Virus record (IMG/VR): IMGVR_UViG_3300032024_000157
Coordinates: 1-46,941 of that record
Length of the DNA: 46,941 nt
Strand: one strand, 5' to 3'
DNA from: a virus
Taxonomy: Duplodnaviria > Caudoviricetes
Positions 45,141-46,941 of the stretch are shown piece by piece. The number at the start of each line of letters is the position of its first letter. Positions within the stretch are counted from its first letter, which is position 1. The position numbers and the translations under genes are program-made. Under the pieces are notes generated by a model. The model searched no databases and was not told the DNA's origin. It saw only the letters and a program-made list of their open reading frames with translations.

Positions 45141-45350
45141 TTAAGAGTTTGCGCCTTTTCGTGGCGTGGCGCTTGGATGCACCCAATTTCCAAGCCCACC
45201 GCAAAGCGGTCGGCGGAACATGTTCTTGGGTATCAACAATCCTTGGTTAGCCAATATAGTGGCGCGTTCGGCGCACTGTTTGATAGACATGAGTGTCTTC
45301 AAACGAATGGCGATTGGGTGCTTGCGTTTGGGAAGCGTTGTGGTGTTCAC
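45141..45350 (-). CDS. basic hypothetical protein (69 aa)
   Basis: Starts 2 nt after the upstream stop. Confidence 0.5.
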   Translation of the reverse strand: MNTTTLPKRKHPIAIRLKTLMSIKQCAERATILANQGLLIPKNMFRRPLCGGLGNWVHPSATPRKGANS

Positions 45351-45352
45351 AA

Positions 45353-46006
45353 TTAATAATACATCAATGCTTTTGTCTTAACCGAAATTGGCGCCAGTCC
45401 TTTCTTCACTCTCTTGGCGTCCTCCGATGCCCTTTCAGCCTCACGTTCCTTGTCACGGTCAGCCGCGACCTTGAAGAACTCACTGGCCGGCGTGATAACA
45501 GCTTCAATAAGAACATGCTTACGTCGACGTGGATCAACATGCTCCGCCGACCTAATGGTAATTTGCCACAAAATATCCGTGTTGGGAAAGGTCGCGGCGT
45601 GGGTAACTACGACGGTCTTGGTCGGCGTCAGCCCATGACGTTCCCGAAGCGTGTCGCGCTGTCCCGGACTTAACTGATACTGTCGGTCAACAAAGCAATT
45701 TGCTGCCGTCAACACTTCCGGTGCATACTGTCGCTGTTCATTCCATCCAATCGGTGGGTCACCGGGTTGTGCATCTACTGCGTAGATTGGAAACTTAAGA
45801 ATCTGAACAAAGTGCTCTTCAATGCTTGACGGCTTTGGGTTTCGTGCGGCCCACGTAACATCCTGTTCGGTCGGACTGCGTGTGTCAAGAGTCAAAAGCC
45901 AAGCGTTGTGTTCAGACCAAAGAGAAGACGTATCATAACCATACGCTTGAAGCGTATGCAGAGCCGTTTCGACTTGCTCAATGCCGTTGATGCGTGTATT
46001 GCTCAT
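45353..46006 (-). CDS. hypothetical protein (217 aa)
   Basis: ATG at 46006 (MSNTRING) coupled to the upstream stop. Confidence 0.75.
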   Translation of the reverse strand: MSNTRINGIEQVETALHTLQAYGYDTSSLWSEHNAWLLTLDTRSPTEQDVTWAARNPKPSSIEEHFVQILKFPIYAVDAQPGDPPIGWNEQRQYAPEVLTAANCFVDRQYQLSPGQRDTLRERHGLTPTKTVVVTHAATFPNTDILWQITIRSAEHVDPRRRKHVLIEAVITPASEFFKVAADRDKEREAERASEDAKRVKKGLAPISVKTKALMYY

Positions 46007-46161
46007 GGTAGCCTCACAATACGAAACCACCAAAGATACTTGATGACTGTCGGCCGACGTATGTCATAGTCAACAATGACAAGCCGCACGCTAGTTGCGT
46101 TTGGCTGTGGCGCGGCCATACAGGCCGTAGAGAGAAGAAGGAAGAGGAGAGTAGTTTTCAT
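46003..46161 (-). CDS. 52-aa protein with signal-peptide-like N-terminus, absent from the ORF track
   Basis: My translation MKTTLLFLLLSTACMAAPQPNATSVRLVIVDYDIRRPTVIKYLWWFRIVRLP; ATGA overlap with the next gene. Confidence 0.6.
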   Translation of the reverse strand: MKTTLLFLLLSTACMAAPQPNATSVRLVIVDYDIRRPTVIKYLWWFRIVRLP

Positions 46162-46434
46162 GTAGAAGATTAACAGCCAGCCAAGGTTGTCGCATTGTGG
46201 TCAGGCGGACGTGCTTCCCGGAGGTTGCACTGGAAGGAGAGCCTGTATTCCCTGCTACTTGGCTGGCTGTAAAGTTTGGTCGCACTGGGCTGCTATCTTC
46301 TGCGAATCGCGGGTGCGGTGGCACCACTTTAGGGCCGGAGGACCGAAGCCCTTCCGGCCCCATAGTGTAGGTCAGGAACTGAAAGCGACTTAATTGGCTG
46401 CGCGGATTAGGCCGTCTAGGTTGGGTGGCGGGGC

Positions 46435-46626
46435 TCACCTGAGGGCCACAATGACATTCAGCCCCACGCTGACCTGCTTCCCGTCGACCAGCAGGCCCGT
46501 CGGCTTGACGAAGCCGTGCGACGAAAACAGGATGCGCGACTTGCCGCTTGACGACAGGGCCGGACTTGGGTTGATGGGCACGGTGATGACAAGGGACTTG
46601 CCGTCTGAACTGAGTTGAGTATTCAT
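46435..46626 (-). CDS. small conserved-looking hypothetical protein (63 aa)
   Basis: SSSGKSRILFSSHG...VSVGLNV pattern; G/C-ending codons. Confidence 0.75.
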   Translation of the reverse strand: MNTQLSSDGKSLVITVPINPSPALSSSGKSRILFSSHGFVKPTGLLVDGKQVSVGLNVIVALR

Positions 46627-46941
46627 AGGATTGTTACCTTTGTGACAACAGACCGCCTGCGTTGCTTTATTGCCGCGCTTTGGGCCGACCTGCTGCCACC
46701 TCTTGCCGCGCCCGCGTGCGGTGCTACCGAGCCGGCGGCCCTTCCGTTCGTCCGTTCGTCCGTCCTCTCTTCATGCAGGGCTTGGAAGGGCTTGGAGAGG
46801 TGGTGCTACACTAGGTTGTAACAAATAATTTTTTCAGTGGACGGGCCCGGGGCCGCCGCGGGGGGGGGGGGGGGGGGGGGGGCGGGGCGCGGGGGGGGGG
46901 GTGTGGTGGGGGGTGGGGGGGGGGGGGGGGGGGGGCGGGGG

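Larger units (their letters stand above)
1..46941. mobile_element. Near-complete tailed phage genome (podovirus-like gene order)
   Basis: Terminase-portal-scaffold-capsid-tail-ejection genes on +, replication and early genes on -, no host housekeeping genes, no tape measure or sheath gene seen. Confidence 0.93.

Noticed and set aside
44795-45250. Active ISL3 insertion sequence
   Set aside because: Only the zinc-finger N-terminus is present; no catalytic domain or terminal inverted repeats found

Overview
The window looks like a near-complete ~47 kb tailed (podovirus-type) phage genome. The + strand (1.1-27.5 kb) carries the virion module: small and large terminase, portal, scaffold, major capsid, tail adaptor and nozzle, two fibres, ejection proteins and a 2385-aa giant protein. 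The - strand (27.4-46.6 kb, probably continuing across the contig ends into 260-601) carries replication and early genes: ATP-dependent ligase, DUF3987-type ATPase, a uracil-DNA-glycosylase/family A polymerase fusion, a ParB-methyltransferase fusion, an SSB-like protein, a Sak4-like ATPase, a PD-(D/E)XK nuclease and many small ORFs. I saw no integrase, RNA polymerase, primase, endolysin, tRNA or CRISPR array. The most striking signal is at ~40.7-45.1 kb: five well-formed and one degenerate integron attC-like sites divide the early region into small cassettes. Each cassette's left end is the reverse complement of its own R'' box, as expected for real site-specific integration. The genes run opposite to the normal cassette orientation. 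Several start and stop inside the attC loops, and all five meet the recombination point in the same reading frame. No integron integrase is encoded. This suggests a phage gene-shuffling array driven by a host IntI. Other signals are two candidate structured RNAs (34.5-34.8 kb and 46.2-46.4 kb), a dispersed TCAG-N3-CTGACC motif before several start codons, an unusual His at the PolA '762' position, and a captured, broken restriction-modification/ISL3 fragment. All family calls come from motifs read by eye; no searches were run.
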